Positions 9,187-22,782 are shown, counted from the stretch's first letter. The stretch: DNA of 64,000 nucleotides from Hypanus sabinus (GCF_030144855.1 NC_082715.1:146382001-146446000); one strand, 5' to 3'. A program made the numbers and translations. The notes: generated by a model not told the origin, from the sequence alone.

Positions 9187-12100
9187 CCCGCATTGGTCCT
9201 CACCTGACACTCAGCTCTCACCAGTGGTTCCTCGTAGCTGTTTGCGTGCAACAGCGGCCACACCCCGGGCAACGGCTTCGACTGGCCGGTAAAACTGGGT
9301 GAGGGTAGCCTCAAACTCTCAGTGAGTTAGGGCTTGTCCACCTACGGATGCGAAGACTGAATTCGGCGGACTACGCGGCGGAGACCCCCAGTTGGCGGTC
9401 CAACGAGTAGAAAGGCGGACCCAGTAAAGTGTTGTGGAGCGCAACCAGGGCACGGTGAGACACGTAGAACACTGCTGGCCGTCCACTGCATCCCGACTTA
9501 TCTCCAGCCGTCTCGACTCCGTCTTGCAACTGGATACAGATAGGCCGGGACGAGAGAGTGAGGCTGACGATTTGCGCAACTCTCCCTCACTTTAATCCAA
9601 ATCAAGCGCAAATCACGACTCCAAATCCATTCCACTAAAAAACTTCAAGTCTTGTGGCGATGTGCGAGTGGCGAAGCAGCAGGTTTGGATACACTGGAAG
9701 CTGTAGTCACAAACCTGCACACAGGCGGCCCAGGGGATTGGGTCGTTCTCCGCTGGAATGAAGCAGCAGTGGAGCTCGGCAGCCCCCTGGGTGTCTGAGC
9801 AGTCCTCTTTGGGAATCGCTCTGCTCACCTCCATGGAGGAGGGGGCTAGAAAAGGTGCCTCAAACATAGCCTGCTTCATTTTACCCTGGCCGGCACATCG
9901 CGGCTGGCGGGGATCCCACTCAGTGGCCGAACTACAAAGAAAACGAAAGTGAAGGTGCTCAACCTTAGCACGTGGAACGTGCGAACTCTGCTTGACATCA
10001 CCAAGGCTGTCAGACCAGAAGGAAGAACAGCACTGGTCGCCAAAGAACTAGCCCGCTATAACGTGGACATTGCAGCACTCAGCGAAACACGCCTAGCAGA
10101 CAAGGGCCAGCTTACAGAAGGTGGTGGTAGGTACACCTTCTTCTGAGCGGTCGCCGCAGCATTGAACGACGAGAGGCTGGCGTTGGATTTGCCATCCGGT
10201 CCCACCTCGCTCGTAAACCTTGCCAAGCTTCCAGAGGGCATCAACGATCGCCTGTTGACGCTTCGGCTCCCACTTGGCAATAAGAGGAGTGCCACGCTGA
10301 TCAGCGCATATGCCCCAACAATGACCAAGCCAGATGACTTCAAAGAGAAATTCTATGAAGAACTTGACTCCCTCATTGCAGCAGTCCCACAGTCAGAGAA
10401 GCTTATTGTCCTCGGGGACTTTAACGCCAGAGTGGGGATAGTTTACCAGACCTGGGAAGGGATACTTGGAAGACATGGTATTGGCAAGTGTACAGCAATG
10501 GCCTACTGCCCCTCAAGACATGCGCTACGCATGGTCTTGTCATCACCAACACCTTATTCCGCCTCCCCACCCGTAACAGGACATCTTGGATGCCTCCACG
10601 CTCTGGACACTGGCATCTGATCGACTATGTCATCACCAGAAAGAGGGACTGACAAGATGTGAGAGTGACAAAGGCCTTGTGTGGTGCCGACTGCTGGACG
10701 GATCATCGACTCATAGTGTCCAAGTTTAAAGTTCGCATCCTGCCTGTGAGAAGCCCCCAAGGTCAGAAGACTGCAAAGAGGCTCAATGTCTCCAAGCTGA
10801 GGGGCAGCGTAGTTGCAGAAGAATTTCGTGAAGACCGAGATAGCAAACTGCATGACACACCCCAGGATGACCACACCAGCATTGAAGAGCAGTGGACGGC
10901 TTTCAGAGATGCAGTCTACTCTACCGCTCTCGAACACTTCGGACCAGCAATGCGTAGACATCAAGACTGATTCGATGACAACCACGAGGAGATACAGGCA
11001 CTGTTGTCAGAGACACACCAACCGTTCAGAGCGTACCTGAATGACCCCGCATCATAAGCCTTCGCCGGTGCAAGACGGAAAGTGCAGAAGAAACTCCGTG
11101 AGATGCAGGATGTCTGGAGAGAACGCTTCAACCAGGTCCTCAACCGCCCTGCCGAAATCAATGATGAGGTCATTGCTCACGTACCTCAGGTGGAGATCAA
11201 CCTGGACCTTGACAACCTACCTACAGAAGAGGAAGTCAGAAAAGCCATCAGGCAACTTTCTTGTAGCAAAGCACCAGGGTCAGATGCAATCCCGGCTGAA
11301 GGCTACAAAGCAGGAGGACCATTCATGATGCAGAAGCTGACTGAGCTCTTCCAGTATATGTGGAATGAAGGAAAGGTCCCGCAATAGTTGAAGGATGCCA
11401 GCATAGCCCACCTCTACAAGAGGAAAGGCAACCGCCAGTCTTGTGACAATCACAGAGGCATCTCCCTCCTGTCCATAGCTGGGAAGTTCTTGGCTTGCGT
11501 CCTGCTTGATCGCCTTTTCCAACACCTTGAGCAAGGTCTCCTCCCAGAAAGCCAGTGTGGCTTCCGTGCAGAGCGTGGAACTGTCGACATGATATTTGCT
11601 GCTCGCCAACTTCAGGAAAAATGTCCATTTGATACGGTCAGCAGAGATGGCTTATGGAAGATAATGGTGAAGTTTGGCTGCCCTAGCAGGTTCATCACGA
11701 TTGTTCGGTAGTTCCACGATGGTATGATGGTGAAAGTTTTGGATGATGGTGACGAGTCAGAAGCCTTCCCAGTGAGGAACGGTGTGAAGCAAGGATGCGT
11801 TCTCGCCCCCACCCTCTTTAGCATGGTCTTCTCTGCTATGCCGACTGAAGCCTTCCGCGATTGTCAGGATGGTATACACGTCAGATACCGGACTGGCGGT
11901 GGACTATTCAACCTCCGGCTTCTACAGGGTGTTACAAAGGTAAAGGAGACCTTCTTCAGAGACCTCATATTCGCTGATGATTGCGCCCTCAACGCCAGCA
12001 CAGAGCAGAAGATGCAGAGAGAAATGGACTGCTTCTCACGAGCTTGTGACAACATTGGACTTACAATCAGCACCACAAAGACCGAAGTTATGTAGCAGCC

Positions 12101-12662
12101 AGCACCCGGAAAGCCCTATCAGGAACCACACATCACAGTAAAGTGGCAGACGCTACTGGCAGTAGACAGCTTTACTTATCTGGACAGTATTCTATCACGA
12201 GCGGTGAACATAGATGCAGAGATCAGCAACAGAATTGCCAAAGCCAGTGCTGCCTTTGGGAGACTCCGTGAGAATGTATGGGAGCGGAGAGGACGCAGCC
12301 TTACCACCAAGCTGAAGGTTATTACCACCCTCCTTTATGCCAGCGAGACCTGGACTATCTACAGCAGACACGCTAAACAGAATCATTTCCTCTTGAGCGG
12401 CCTCCGCAGACTTCTCCACGTACGATGGCAGGACAAGGTCCCAGACACGGGGGTCCTGGAGCGGGCTAGCACCCACAGCGTCTACACCCTCCTACAGAAA
12501 GCCCAAGCCAGATGGCCTGGCCATGTCGTCAGGATGTCTGACAGTCGACCAGCAAAACAGCTGCTGTATGGAGAGCTGAGCCAGGGCAAGCGCTCAGTTG
12601 GAAGGCAGAAGAAATTTTTTAAAGTCTGCCTCAAAATGTCCCTCAAAGAGCTCAACAACAAT
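9187..12662 (+). mobile_element. Decayed RTE-clade LINE, both ends removed by deletions
   Basis: APE start LNLSTWNVRTL, RT motifs KQGCVLAPTLF and FADD; shares internal stops with the U3 copy (e.g. TAG at 11385-11387 and 38322-38324). Confidence 0.9.
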
Positions 12663-13740
12663 AGTTCATGTATTTCACTGTAATTCGAAGCGGAACACCT
12701 GGTAACCACGGTTATTTTTAAAAATATTAAAATGCCGCTTCCGTTGGAATCATTTTGAAACTGTGATTTTAAAAATAAAGATCTAACATAAAATGACTAT
12801 TTCAGCAAGTTCAAATTGTGGACATAAGAAAGAATAAGAATAGGAGAAGGCTGACCAGATCTCCGGTCTCCGGTTTCTGTCATATCTCGACTCATTTGAT
12901 TCTCTTAAAGATCTTCCGGTCTCAACCTACTTGAGCATCGATAAAATTTCTAAGGAAACTAAGGATTAAATGTGCATCGAGAGAAGAATGTTATCTTTTT
13001 TTTCCAGTCCTCAATATCCGAACCTATTATCCGAACACTACAAATTTCAGCTTCCACAGAAAACAAGCGGGACTCGGCTCGGAATTTAACTTGTTTGCTC
13101 ACAAAGATTTTAGATGTTTCAATAACATTACCTCCCTTTCATCTAAATGCCATAGAAAATAAGCCGTATATATTCGTTCACATAAAGTCGCACTTATTCT
13201 GGAAGCAAAATCTGCTGCACTTCACACAATATGAGGATCGTCCAAGACCCACCAATTTTGCCACTTCTATATTTATCAATCGTCTCGGTTGAATGTGTTC
13301 CTTCATGACAAATGACTGTGTGTCTGTGTGTACTTTCATAGCTTTCATAGCTCTTTCTTTTACATCAGGGCAATATCATTAAAGAGAGATTTAAAATATA
13401 TTTCTGCTTCATTCGGAACTCGAATGAAAAGTCATGAAAACATGTGCATATCAGAATGGATCGTTAATGTTATTGGGTAGCTGTGGTCGAAATTATCAGC
13501 AGTCTGGCAAGAACCAAGAATGCAATCTTCAGTTTACGGTTATTTGATGAACATCTAGGAATGCCTCTAACTGAGATTAATTAACATTGGAGTTTGAATT
13601 AAGAATTATACTCATTTAATAGAATGGCATTTAAAACTGACGAAATTTAAATGACGATTCTGAACGCAAATATTGAACTGCAAAAGAAAAATGTTTTAAA
13701 GCTATTTTAATGAAGGAAAAACGGATAAAATAAGCTTTTC

Positions 13741-14020
13741 TCGATCGTTGCTACAAACGGGTTTGCTAGAGCCTCGTGTTTAACCACGCAGCAGTAACGC
13801 TCGTGTGAGCTCCATTCTGGGGCTGGCAGAGTCAGGTAACTGCTCACACTGAACGTGTTGTCCGTGTCCTGAAGGACAGGGCTCGTCTCAACGCCATCGC
13901 TTTTCGTACGTCTGTCCACGGTCCACTCAATGCCCACAGCTCCCGGATTAAAACGGCTCACCAAACACACCAGTGTCGCTGTACCCTTTCCCAAGATTTC
14001 TTCGGCTGAAGGCCGGAAGA
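13741..14020 (-). pseudogene. IGLC: U2 orphan IgL constant pseudo-exon
   Basis: Core C frame is open, but about 57 nt with the acceptor and first codons and 45 nt with SSCI, the stop and AATAAA are missing relative to U3; no VJ upstream. Confidence 0.92.
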
Positions 14021-16280
14021 GAAGTAACTGTTTCTGTTAAAACATTTCTTTTGTTTAAAATGCATTTGTTATTTCATGTATTCCTTCATCGTAATGAACA
14101 ACTATTTATTTTCCGTTTTCCCATTTCAATCTGTTAAATTAGACGTGAAAAAATTACCACCTAAAATCTCCGGTGATGCTTGTTTTTTTGTGACACTGGG
14201 GCACAATATGTATAGTGGCGTAAAATGAATGATTTCGGCTGAATTCCAGCATTGAATGAATGAATGAAATTAATATATTTCAGTCAGTACAAAGATAACA
14301 AAAAGCATCATTAAAACGATGATTTCATAGGACAAAATTACAAGAAAAAACATAGATATTCTTTAAAACAGACCGACAGGGTCCTGCTTATGACGCCTAA
14401 CCCTCTTACTTACGTAACAACATATTTGGCGTCAATGATCACATCAACAATAATTGATAATCTTTTTACACAAAATCCAATTCCAAATATCATATATTAT
14501 ATTACTCCCATTCATTTTAAATTATGTATTTTATATTTGTTCATTAAATAATTTTTCAATATTTTTTAATCTTGTTAAGTGTAGTGGATGTTTTTAAATT
14601 CTTACTACTACTGTTCCATAGATTCACCCCTCTGACTGAAATATAATGATTTTTCACATTTGTTCTTATCCTCTGATTTTGAAATATACATGTTCCTCTC
14701 AAATCATGTTGACTTTTTCTCATTCAAACAACCTTTGGATACTTTGTGGTTGTTGTCCATTGGATTGAGGTTGAATAAAAATCTGAGGTTATAGCTGGCT
14801 ACTGATTGTGGCTTCCATTGGGTCCTAAGCTTCCACCTTTTCTACTTCTTCCTTAGACACTTTCACTTCATTCAAATCTTCAGTCATTAAGACCAGAGGC
14901 AGAAGTCCAATACATGTTTTGCTTAAAATCGGGGATTAGTACACGGAGCTCTCAACCTTTTTTATGTCATGGACCCCTACTATTAGCAGAGATATGTATA
15001 GACCCGAGACTGGGAACCCCTTGAATAGCGTATTTAATTCATCTTAGCCATTGGAATACAGAGTTTGCTTTGCGCAATATAAAATTACAGACTGCTTGTA
15101 CAGTAAATCATTTTTGGACAGTTTAAGATACATGTTGAAAGTTACACGCTTTGTTTCTGGAATATTATTTTTTCCACTTAAAGCAAATAATTCAAATCTG
15201 GTTTGTGGAGTGTAGCGGATCTTTCTACTTACACTCACCACTGACGAAACCATTTTCTTACAATTTTCACGACCTAGGTGGTAAATAAAGGGAATACCGC
15301 TCAACGTGGTTTACTTTCAGATTTTCAAGTAATTTCTCGTGCGAAGTTGAAAATCTCACTGTTCTGTGGTTCTATTTTTTAGGGTAATGACAACTTTTAT
15401 GATAGATTAATTCCACTGATTTACTTCCCGTTATGCCGCTGTCGTTCAGGGCAGTAGTAAAGATCCTCAATCTATGTCTACAGAAGGATTCGCACACAGA
15501 TAGAGAGGGATGTTTCATTGCGATTTCCGTAACAAACTTTGACCTGCCAGGGTTGTTATCCCTGTGGTGAACCCCTCAACCTGCATGGGGAAAGGAGCAC
15601 TCTTAGTCGGCCCTCTACCCTTTGACCTGCTGGGCACAGTTGACACTATCAAAAACCAAAGCGCAAGCCCATAATACTCGCCGACATAGCACTCTGGGTC
15701 AATCAGCCACGCATGTCTTCAAACCCTACGATAAGGTAGTCCTCTTGGAAATTGATTTCCACATGGTGACTCAAGTGCTCACGATTTTAAATTGCCAAGT
15801 TTCAGTATCACAATTGGCAGAAAAGTCTGTCTGCCATGTTTGCACATATTGACATTCCAAAGTAAGAGAGAAATAATACCAACAGTTGAAAACATAAAAT
15901 ACTAAAAGGCGTTTGCTAATAGCCATTAACAATTTCAGCATGGAAAAAGGTCATCTCAGCCTTTCTCGTCCGTGCCGACCGCTTACTCTTACCTAGTCCC
16001 AGCTACTCGCACTCAGCCCAAAACCCTCCAATCCTTTCCTGTCCATATACCTACCCAATTTTTTTTTTAAATCACAATATCGAACCTGCCTCCACCACTT
16101 CTACTGGAAGCTCGTTCACACAGCTAGCACTCTCTGAGTAAAGAAGTTCCCCCTCCTGTTACCCCTAAATTTTTGTCCCTTAACTCTCAACTCATGCCCT
16201 CTTGTTTGAAACTCCCCTGCTCTCAATGGAAAAAAAACTATCCACGTCAAGTCTATCTGTCCCCCTCATAATTTTAAATA

Positions 16281-16564
16281 CCCGAGATTGAAGGATAGAT
16301 TGTGACTCTGATGTGACTAGTCAACAACTATTCTCTTAGACAGGTGGAAGTATCTGAGAAATGGACCAGAATGTCGTGGCTGCTGTCCAGTCAACCCGAG
16401 CCGTCCGGGATACCCACCAGACCTACACCCTCAACTGTTACCTCACGCTGACCGCCTCCCAGTGGAACTCACAAGAAAAGTGCACTTGTGCGGTTCCAGG
16501 ATTGATTCCTTTCTGTTTGCAAGCGGGTTTCCTACAGTCGTATTTTACATTATGGAGGAATAAA
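16281..16564 (+). pseudogene. Inverted C1-set pseudo-exon, U2 copy (5' end lost in the large deletion)
   Basis: ORF 16361-16666 TYTLNCYLTLTASQWNSQEKCTC; AATAAA 16559-16564. Confidence 0.75.
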
Positions 16565-17944
16565 ACATTTTCACTTTGTAAACGTTACGTAGAATCTTTT
16601 GCTACAAAAATTAAAAATATATTCTTCCTAAAACCTGTATATCTTGCGTGTCAGCGGTTGAATTAAACCAGAGGAGGGGCAGCCGATGCCGTACCCTGAC
16701 TGTATTCGTTATCAAACAGAAAACTGGGAAGAGGGATAGGGCATTTTGTTCCCCCTAACGCGTCCAGACATTCATTAAGTACTGGTTGATATTAGATCTC
16801 AGCAACATGCTCCTGCCCTTTGCCTTAATATTGAGAAATCTGTGGCCTTCTGAATGAATTTAATCAAGCTGCCTGGCGAATAACACCATGGTCAGCACAT
16901 TGAGTGCGTGTGGTTGAGTGAGATGCAGGCTGTGCGAAGCTGCCGTTTCTGGGAACATGACGGAACGCCCCTGAGGCAGAATTCCTGCAGAAGGCGTTTT
17001 TCACATCTGTTCCTAGATGCAAACGCCTGATCTGAGACTGCAGCAATGGTTATGGACTCCTCATCTAGGAAAAAAATCTTCTGTTCATTGAGTATGTTAA
17101 GATCTGTAAGAATGTTAATTTTCATCGAGGGTTGCACACATTCTCGTAAATATCTAGAGAAAAGAGGGCCAGACTACGCAATTTCTTCACAAATGTTGAT
17201 TCTGCAACTAAACTATCAATACCTGATGAAATCCTTCAATGTTTCTGATGAAATCGCGATCCCTACATTGGGCCAGATGTCCTAATCCTTGGCCTATGTC
17301 TTATGGTCTTTTTAAGCAGCCGAGGCTTGGCATCGCAATGACGTCACCATTCGTGTACGTAAGTTCTGTCAGGGGAAAGGGTTAAATAACATTTGTCTTC
17401 CCTGTGGTGTGTTCTGGCGTTTCAGCTTTCAGGAAGCCGACGGCCAGTTATCTTTAATACATTACCGAATACCTCGCAATTAAAGTAATTGACACGTTTG
17501 TAAGGTATATTAAAATTGGAGCATGATATTATAGACTTAAACTAACGTTCTAATTAAAATTAGTTCCTGAAACAACAAATAATCGAATAATTAAAATAAT
17601 AAATTAAAATCAACCATATTTCATTAGTTTATATTTCTCTTTATACAACTCATGTTTACCCTATAACCCACAAACAATGGTGCCTCCAATGTTTTGAACA
17701 GGTGAATCTGGCCCAGGATACAAGGCACAATCTAGTGTAATGGTGGGCGACGTCCTTTCGGTTCTGCTGCAGGTTCTTGCTGCTCTGCATTTATTAGAAA
17801 GTATTAGAAATGTGTTCATTAGAAAGTGTAAATGGTTGAAGTATAGAGGATAGGGTGGCCACAGAGAATAAAGTAAATGTCCGGATAGGATGAAAAGAAA
17901 ACGAATGGCACACCTCATCAACAGAAAGGTGGTGAATCACAGGT

Positions 17945-18220
17945 TTTTATTTATCTAGAGATACAGCACGAAACAGGCGCTTCCGTTCCAACGAGCCACA
18001 CCGTCGAGCAGCCTACTTGTTTAAACTAGCCTAACCCCGGGAGAATTTACGATGATCAATTAATCTAGTAACGGGAACGTTATTGAACTGTGGGAGGAAA
18101 CCGGAGCACCAGGAAGAACCCCACGCGGTTCACGGGAAGGACGAACAAACTCCAACACGCAACGCCGGAAGTGAAGTCCGAACTATGGTTGTAGCGTTGC
18201 GCTAACCGTTATGCTAACCC
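17945..18220 (-). mobile_element. V-SINE (HE1-like)
   Basis: Reverse complement has a tRNA-like head, V-domain ggagtttgttcgtccttcccgtgaaccgcgtgggg...tgctccggtttcctcccaca and a CR1-like tail ...gtgctgtatctctag; copies at 41165-41440 and 63635-63913. Confidence 0.75.
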
Positions 18221-18769
18221 GATGCCCGGGAGCCACAGGCAAGGAAAGGTATAAGTGAATATAAGTGCTTAGCTTATGCAAGGTCACGGATATAAATAAG
18301 AATTCCTTCACGGATCTTCCTCAAGATTAGCATTTCTCTTTATTGCATAAATACAAATTGTGGGTCGTCGAAAAAAATGAACCTCAGTTCATTGCGAAAT
18401 GCCGAAGGGCATGCTCGGAACAGTGATGTTGCAGCTAAACTTAAACACAGAAAATGTAGGGAATACTCTGCAGGGCAGGAAGCCTCTGTGTAAGAAGAGC
18501 TATTGCTGACAATTCAAGTCATCAGATTTCCTGATGACTGGTGGGGGATCAGAAAGACAAACTCTGTTTCTTTTTCCACAGATGCTGCTTGAACCGCGTC
18601 TCCAGCATGTATGGTTTTGTTTTAGATTTCTAACATCTAACGTTCATTGTTGTACCAACATGACGTGTAAATCAGTGAAGCTGCAACGTAATATTACATG
18701 TATGCAAGATCGCAAAAAGGAAACCATCTTTTCAAGATAATACAGTGCTGACTGTATAAATATGTTGGG

Positions 18770-19930
18770 GCATTTCGAGGTTAAGAAGAAGGAGGTGTTC
18801 GTGCTCCTATTATTAAGGTAGATCGGTCCCCAGGGCCAGATGAGAGTTACCGTTGGTTACAGAAGGAGTCAGGAAACGAGATGGCTGGGGCCTTGACCAG
18901 TATCTTCGTGGCCTCTAGACGTAGGCGAGGTCCCAGAGGACTGACGAGTGACTAATGATGCACCTCTCTATCCGAAGGGAACTGGAGGAAATCCTCGGAA
19001 CGATAGACCAGAGAGCTCACGTCAGTTGTAAGAAATTGCGCGAGAAAATACTTCGGGATAGGATATATGAGCAATTGGAAATTTACACCCTAACTCGGGA
19101 AAGCCAACAAGGCTTTGTACGTTGCAGGTCGTGCCTTGCCATCTTCGAGTTATTTGACAATATTACGATAGAAATTGATGAGGGTAGGGCTGTGGATGTT
19201 GGTTACATGGATTTTTGTAAGGCTTTTGACAAAGTACCTCTCAGGAAACTAATCCGGAAGATTAGGAAGCATGGAGTCCGTGGCGAATTGTCTCTTTGTA
19301 TTCATAAACTACTTGTGCATTGTATTCATAAACTACTTGTGCATAGACGCCAGGGGGTAGTGGTTGAAGGGACCCATTCCAGCCGGAAACTGCTATTATT
19401 AGAGTTATGCAGAGGCCTGAGCTGCGAATTTTGTTGTTTGCGATGTATATAAATGACCTGGAGTCTAAAAAGCTCTTTTAAGGAGCATAAGAGAACACTG
19501 AGGAAGCAAATTAGGATGGCTGAAAGAAGGCATGAGGTTCCTCTGGGAGACAAAGCATAGGAAATTCCAAGAGTTTCTACATGTATATTGCGAGCAAAAG
19601 GATAGCAAATGACTAGTTTCCGATCAGAGTGTCCATGAAGCTGAAAGGGATTAGGGAGATCACAAATTGATTTTTTATATCTGTATTTACTCGAGAGACG
19701 GACACAGTGTGAGGCAAAACAGTAGTGTATTCATGGGCTTAAAAGGATTACAGAAGAGGAGGTGCTTACAGTTTTGGGACAACGTCTGGCGGATATATCG
19801 CCAGGAGCCGAAGAAGTGTACTCGGACCATGTGGGAGGCTAGTGCAGAAAGTGCAGGGGACCCAGCAAGCATTTTAAAATGTCCTTAGCCTCAGCGGAGG
19901 GTAGCCAATTTTGTTCCGCTGTTCAAGAAG
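18770..19930 (+). mobile_element. Old degenerate CR1 fragments
   Basis: ORF 18955-19452 contains GRAVDVGYMDFCKAFDKVP; VANFVPLFKK at about 19900; paralogous to about 41960-43110. Confidence 0.65.
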
Positions 19931-19938
19931 TTCTCCAA

Positions 19939-22771
19939 AGTTTTAATCCATTTTATAAATGATGTTCCTAATCCATATTTTTCCAATACCTTAAATAAAA
20001 AATCCCATTCCAATCTATCAAATGCTTTCTCTGCATCTAAAGCAACCGCCACACTCATTTCCTCCCTCTTTTGTGCTAAATGGATTATACTAAATAACCG
20101 AGTTACATTATCTGCCGATTGTCTATTTTTGATAAATCCTGTTTGATCCATATGCACTAATTTTGGTAAGCATTTAGATAATCTATTAGATAAGATTTTT
20201 GCTATTATTTTATAATCAGTGTTTAATAAAGAAATAGGTCTATATGATGCTGGTTTTAAAAGGTCTCTGTCTTTTTTTGGCAATACTATTAAAATAGCTG
20301 TTGAAAAAGATTCTGGAAGTTTATGCGTTCTTTCCGCCTGATATATTAATTCCATAAAAGGAGGAATTAATAAATCTTTAAACTTTTTATAAAATTCAGG
20401 TGGAAAACCATCTTCTCCTGGAGATTTATTACTTTGAAGTGATCCCAAAGCTTCTTCAACTTCTTTCACTGTAAAAGACATACCTAATCCCTTCTGTTCT
20501 TCTGTATTTAATTTTGGAAGAGTTATTTGTGATAAAAATTCTTCTACCTTAAATACTAATCCCAAAGCTAAAGTAGTGACAAATGGTCAAATTTCAACAT
20601 CATTTCAGTTAACAAGATCAACTCGGCAAGGTTGCCCACTATCACCTGCTTTGTTTGTGTTGGCAATAGAACCATTAGCTGAATTAATTAGAATGGACCC
20701 AGATATTAAGGGTTTCAGAGTTAATCAGGAAGAATACAAGATTAACTTATTTGCTGATGATGTTCTAATTTATTTAACAGATCCATTACATTCACTACGC
20801 AAATTATCTTATAGACTAGAAGAATATGGGAAAATATCGGGTTATAAAATAAATTGGGATAAAAGTGAAATTTTGCCTCTTACTAAAGGAGATTATAATC
20901 AATGTCGATTAATAACTCAATTTAGATGGCCAGCAAATGGTATAAAATATTTAGGTATAAGAGTTGATAATGATATAAAAAACTTATACAAATTAAATTA
21001 CTTACCACTTTTGAAAAAAATTCAGGAAGATCTTGAAAAATGGATGGCACTACCAATAACATTAGTAGGTAGAGTAAATACTATAAAAATGAATATATTC
21101 CCTAGATTACAATATTTATTTCAATCATTACCAATACAATTACCCCAGAAGTTTTTTCAAGAGTTAAATAAATATCTGAGGAAATTCCTCTGGAAAGGTA
21201 AGATGTCCAGAATATCGTTGGAAAAATTGACATGGAAATTTGATCTAGGAGGATTACAACTTCCAAATTTTAAGAATTATTATAAAGCAAATCAACTTAG
21301 ATTTATTGCATCTTTTTTCGAGAAAGATAAACCGGCATGGATTAGAATAGAATTAGATAAAATAGGAGAAAATGTACCAGAAGATTTTATATACAAATGG
21401 GAATCTAAATGGATACGGGAAAAGAAAGAATCTCCTATATTAAAACATTTGATTGATTTATGGAATAAGATAAATGTTGATGATGAGATAAAAAAAATCT
21501 TTATTAGCAAAGAGATCTTTAATTCAAAATAGACTTATTCCTTTTACAATGGACAATCAACTTTTATATAATTGGATTCAAAATGGGATTAGATATATAG
21601 GGAATTGTTTTGAAGGAGGTATATTAATGTCATTTGAACAATTAAAGAATAAATATAAAATATCAAACAACACTTTATTTTGTTACTTTCAATTAAGGGC
21701 TTATTTAAGAGAAAAATTAGGTCAAACAATGTTATTGCCGAAATCTAATGAAATAGAAATTTTAATTCAAAAAGGAAATATCAAAAAATTTGTATCTTGC
21801 ATGTATAATTTGATTCAAAGACAGGTAATTAAGCAAGGAGTCCATAAGTCAAGACAAAAATGGGAAAGTGATTTGAATATTAAAATTGAAGAAACAAATT
21901 GGTCAAGACTATGCCTTGACAGTATGACAAATACAATAAATGTTCGGTTAAGATTAGTGCAGTATAATTTTCTACATCAATTATATATTACATCACAAAA
22001 AATAAAAAAATTTAATCCAAATTTATCGGATCAGTGTTTCCGATGTAACCAGGAAACTGGTACTTTTTTACATTCGACATGGTCTTGCTCTAAAATTCAA
22101 CCTTTTTGGACAAATTTAAGACTTTTACTGGAACAAATTACAGGAACACAATTTCCTCATAATCCAACATTATTTTTACTAGGTGATATTGAAGGGATAA
22201 AACCGAAACTCAAACTAAATAAGTATCAGAAAGAATTTATAAAAATTGCACTGGCAGTAGCCAAAAAAGCTATTGCAGTTACTTGGAAATCGGATTCACA
22301 TTTAAGTATAGATTCTTGGAAGAAAGAAATCTATGGTTGTATTCCATTAGAAAAAATTACTTATAATTTAAGAGATAAATATGAAACATTTTTGAAAATT
22401 TGGAGCCCTTATTTACAAAAGACAGGATTAAATATATAGATGCTTTTAAGATGAAACAATTGGTTATTAGGGGAAAGAAATAAATATACATATTAAAATT
22501 ATTACGAACTCCATGGAGCATGTGGAGATCNNNNNNNNNNNNNNNNNNNNNNNNNNNNNNNNNNNNNNNNNNNNNNNNNNNNNNNNNNNNNNNNNNNNNN
22601 NNNNNNNNNNNNNNNNNNNNNNNNNNNNNNNNNNNNNNNNNNNNNNNNNNNNNNNNNNNNNNNNNNGGGAGGGGTTAAGGGGAGGGGGTATGGGTTATAT
22701 ACATTGTTTTTTCATACTTTGTAATCATTTAAAAATGCAATAAAAATTATTTAAAAAAAAAAAAAAAAAAA
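19939..22771 (+). mobile_element. L1-clade LINE, 5'-truncated with 5' inversion, poly(A) tail and 11-bp TSD
   Basis: Inverted RT part 19939-~20551, forward part ~20553-22771 (RQGCPLSP, LFADD, C-terminal CFRC...H...C), A-run 22753-22773, TSD AAGTTCTCCAA at 19928-19938 and 22772-22782; empty site near 43110. Confidence 0.95.
22531..22666. other. Assembly gap (136 N) inside the L1 3' UTR
   Basis: Run of N. Confidence 1.
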
Positions 22772-22782
22772 AAGTTCTCCAA

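Noticed and set aside
18140-18220. tRNA gene
   Set aside because: tRNA-derived head of a V-SINE; no complete cloverleaf.
19297-19344. Perfect 24-nt tandem duplication TGTATTCATAAACTACTTGTGCAT
   Set aside because: Local slippage inside a dead CR1 fragment, single copy in the paralog; no functional sign.
22513-22743. ORF spanning the N run
   Set aside because: Artefact of the assembly gap.
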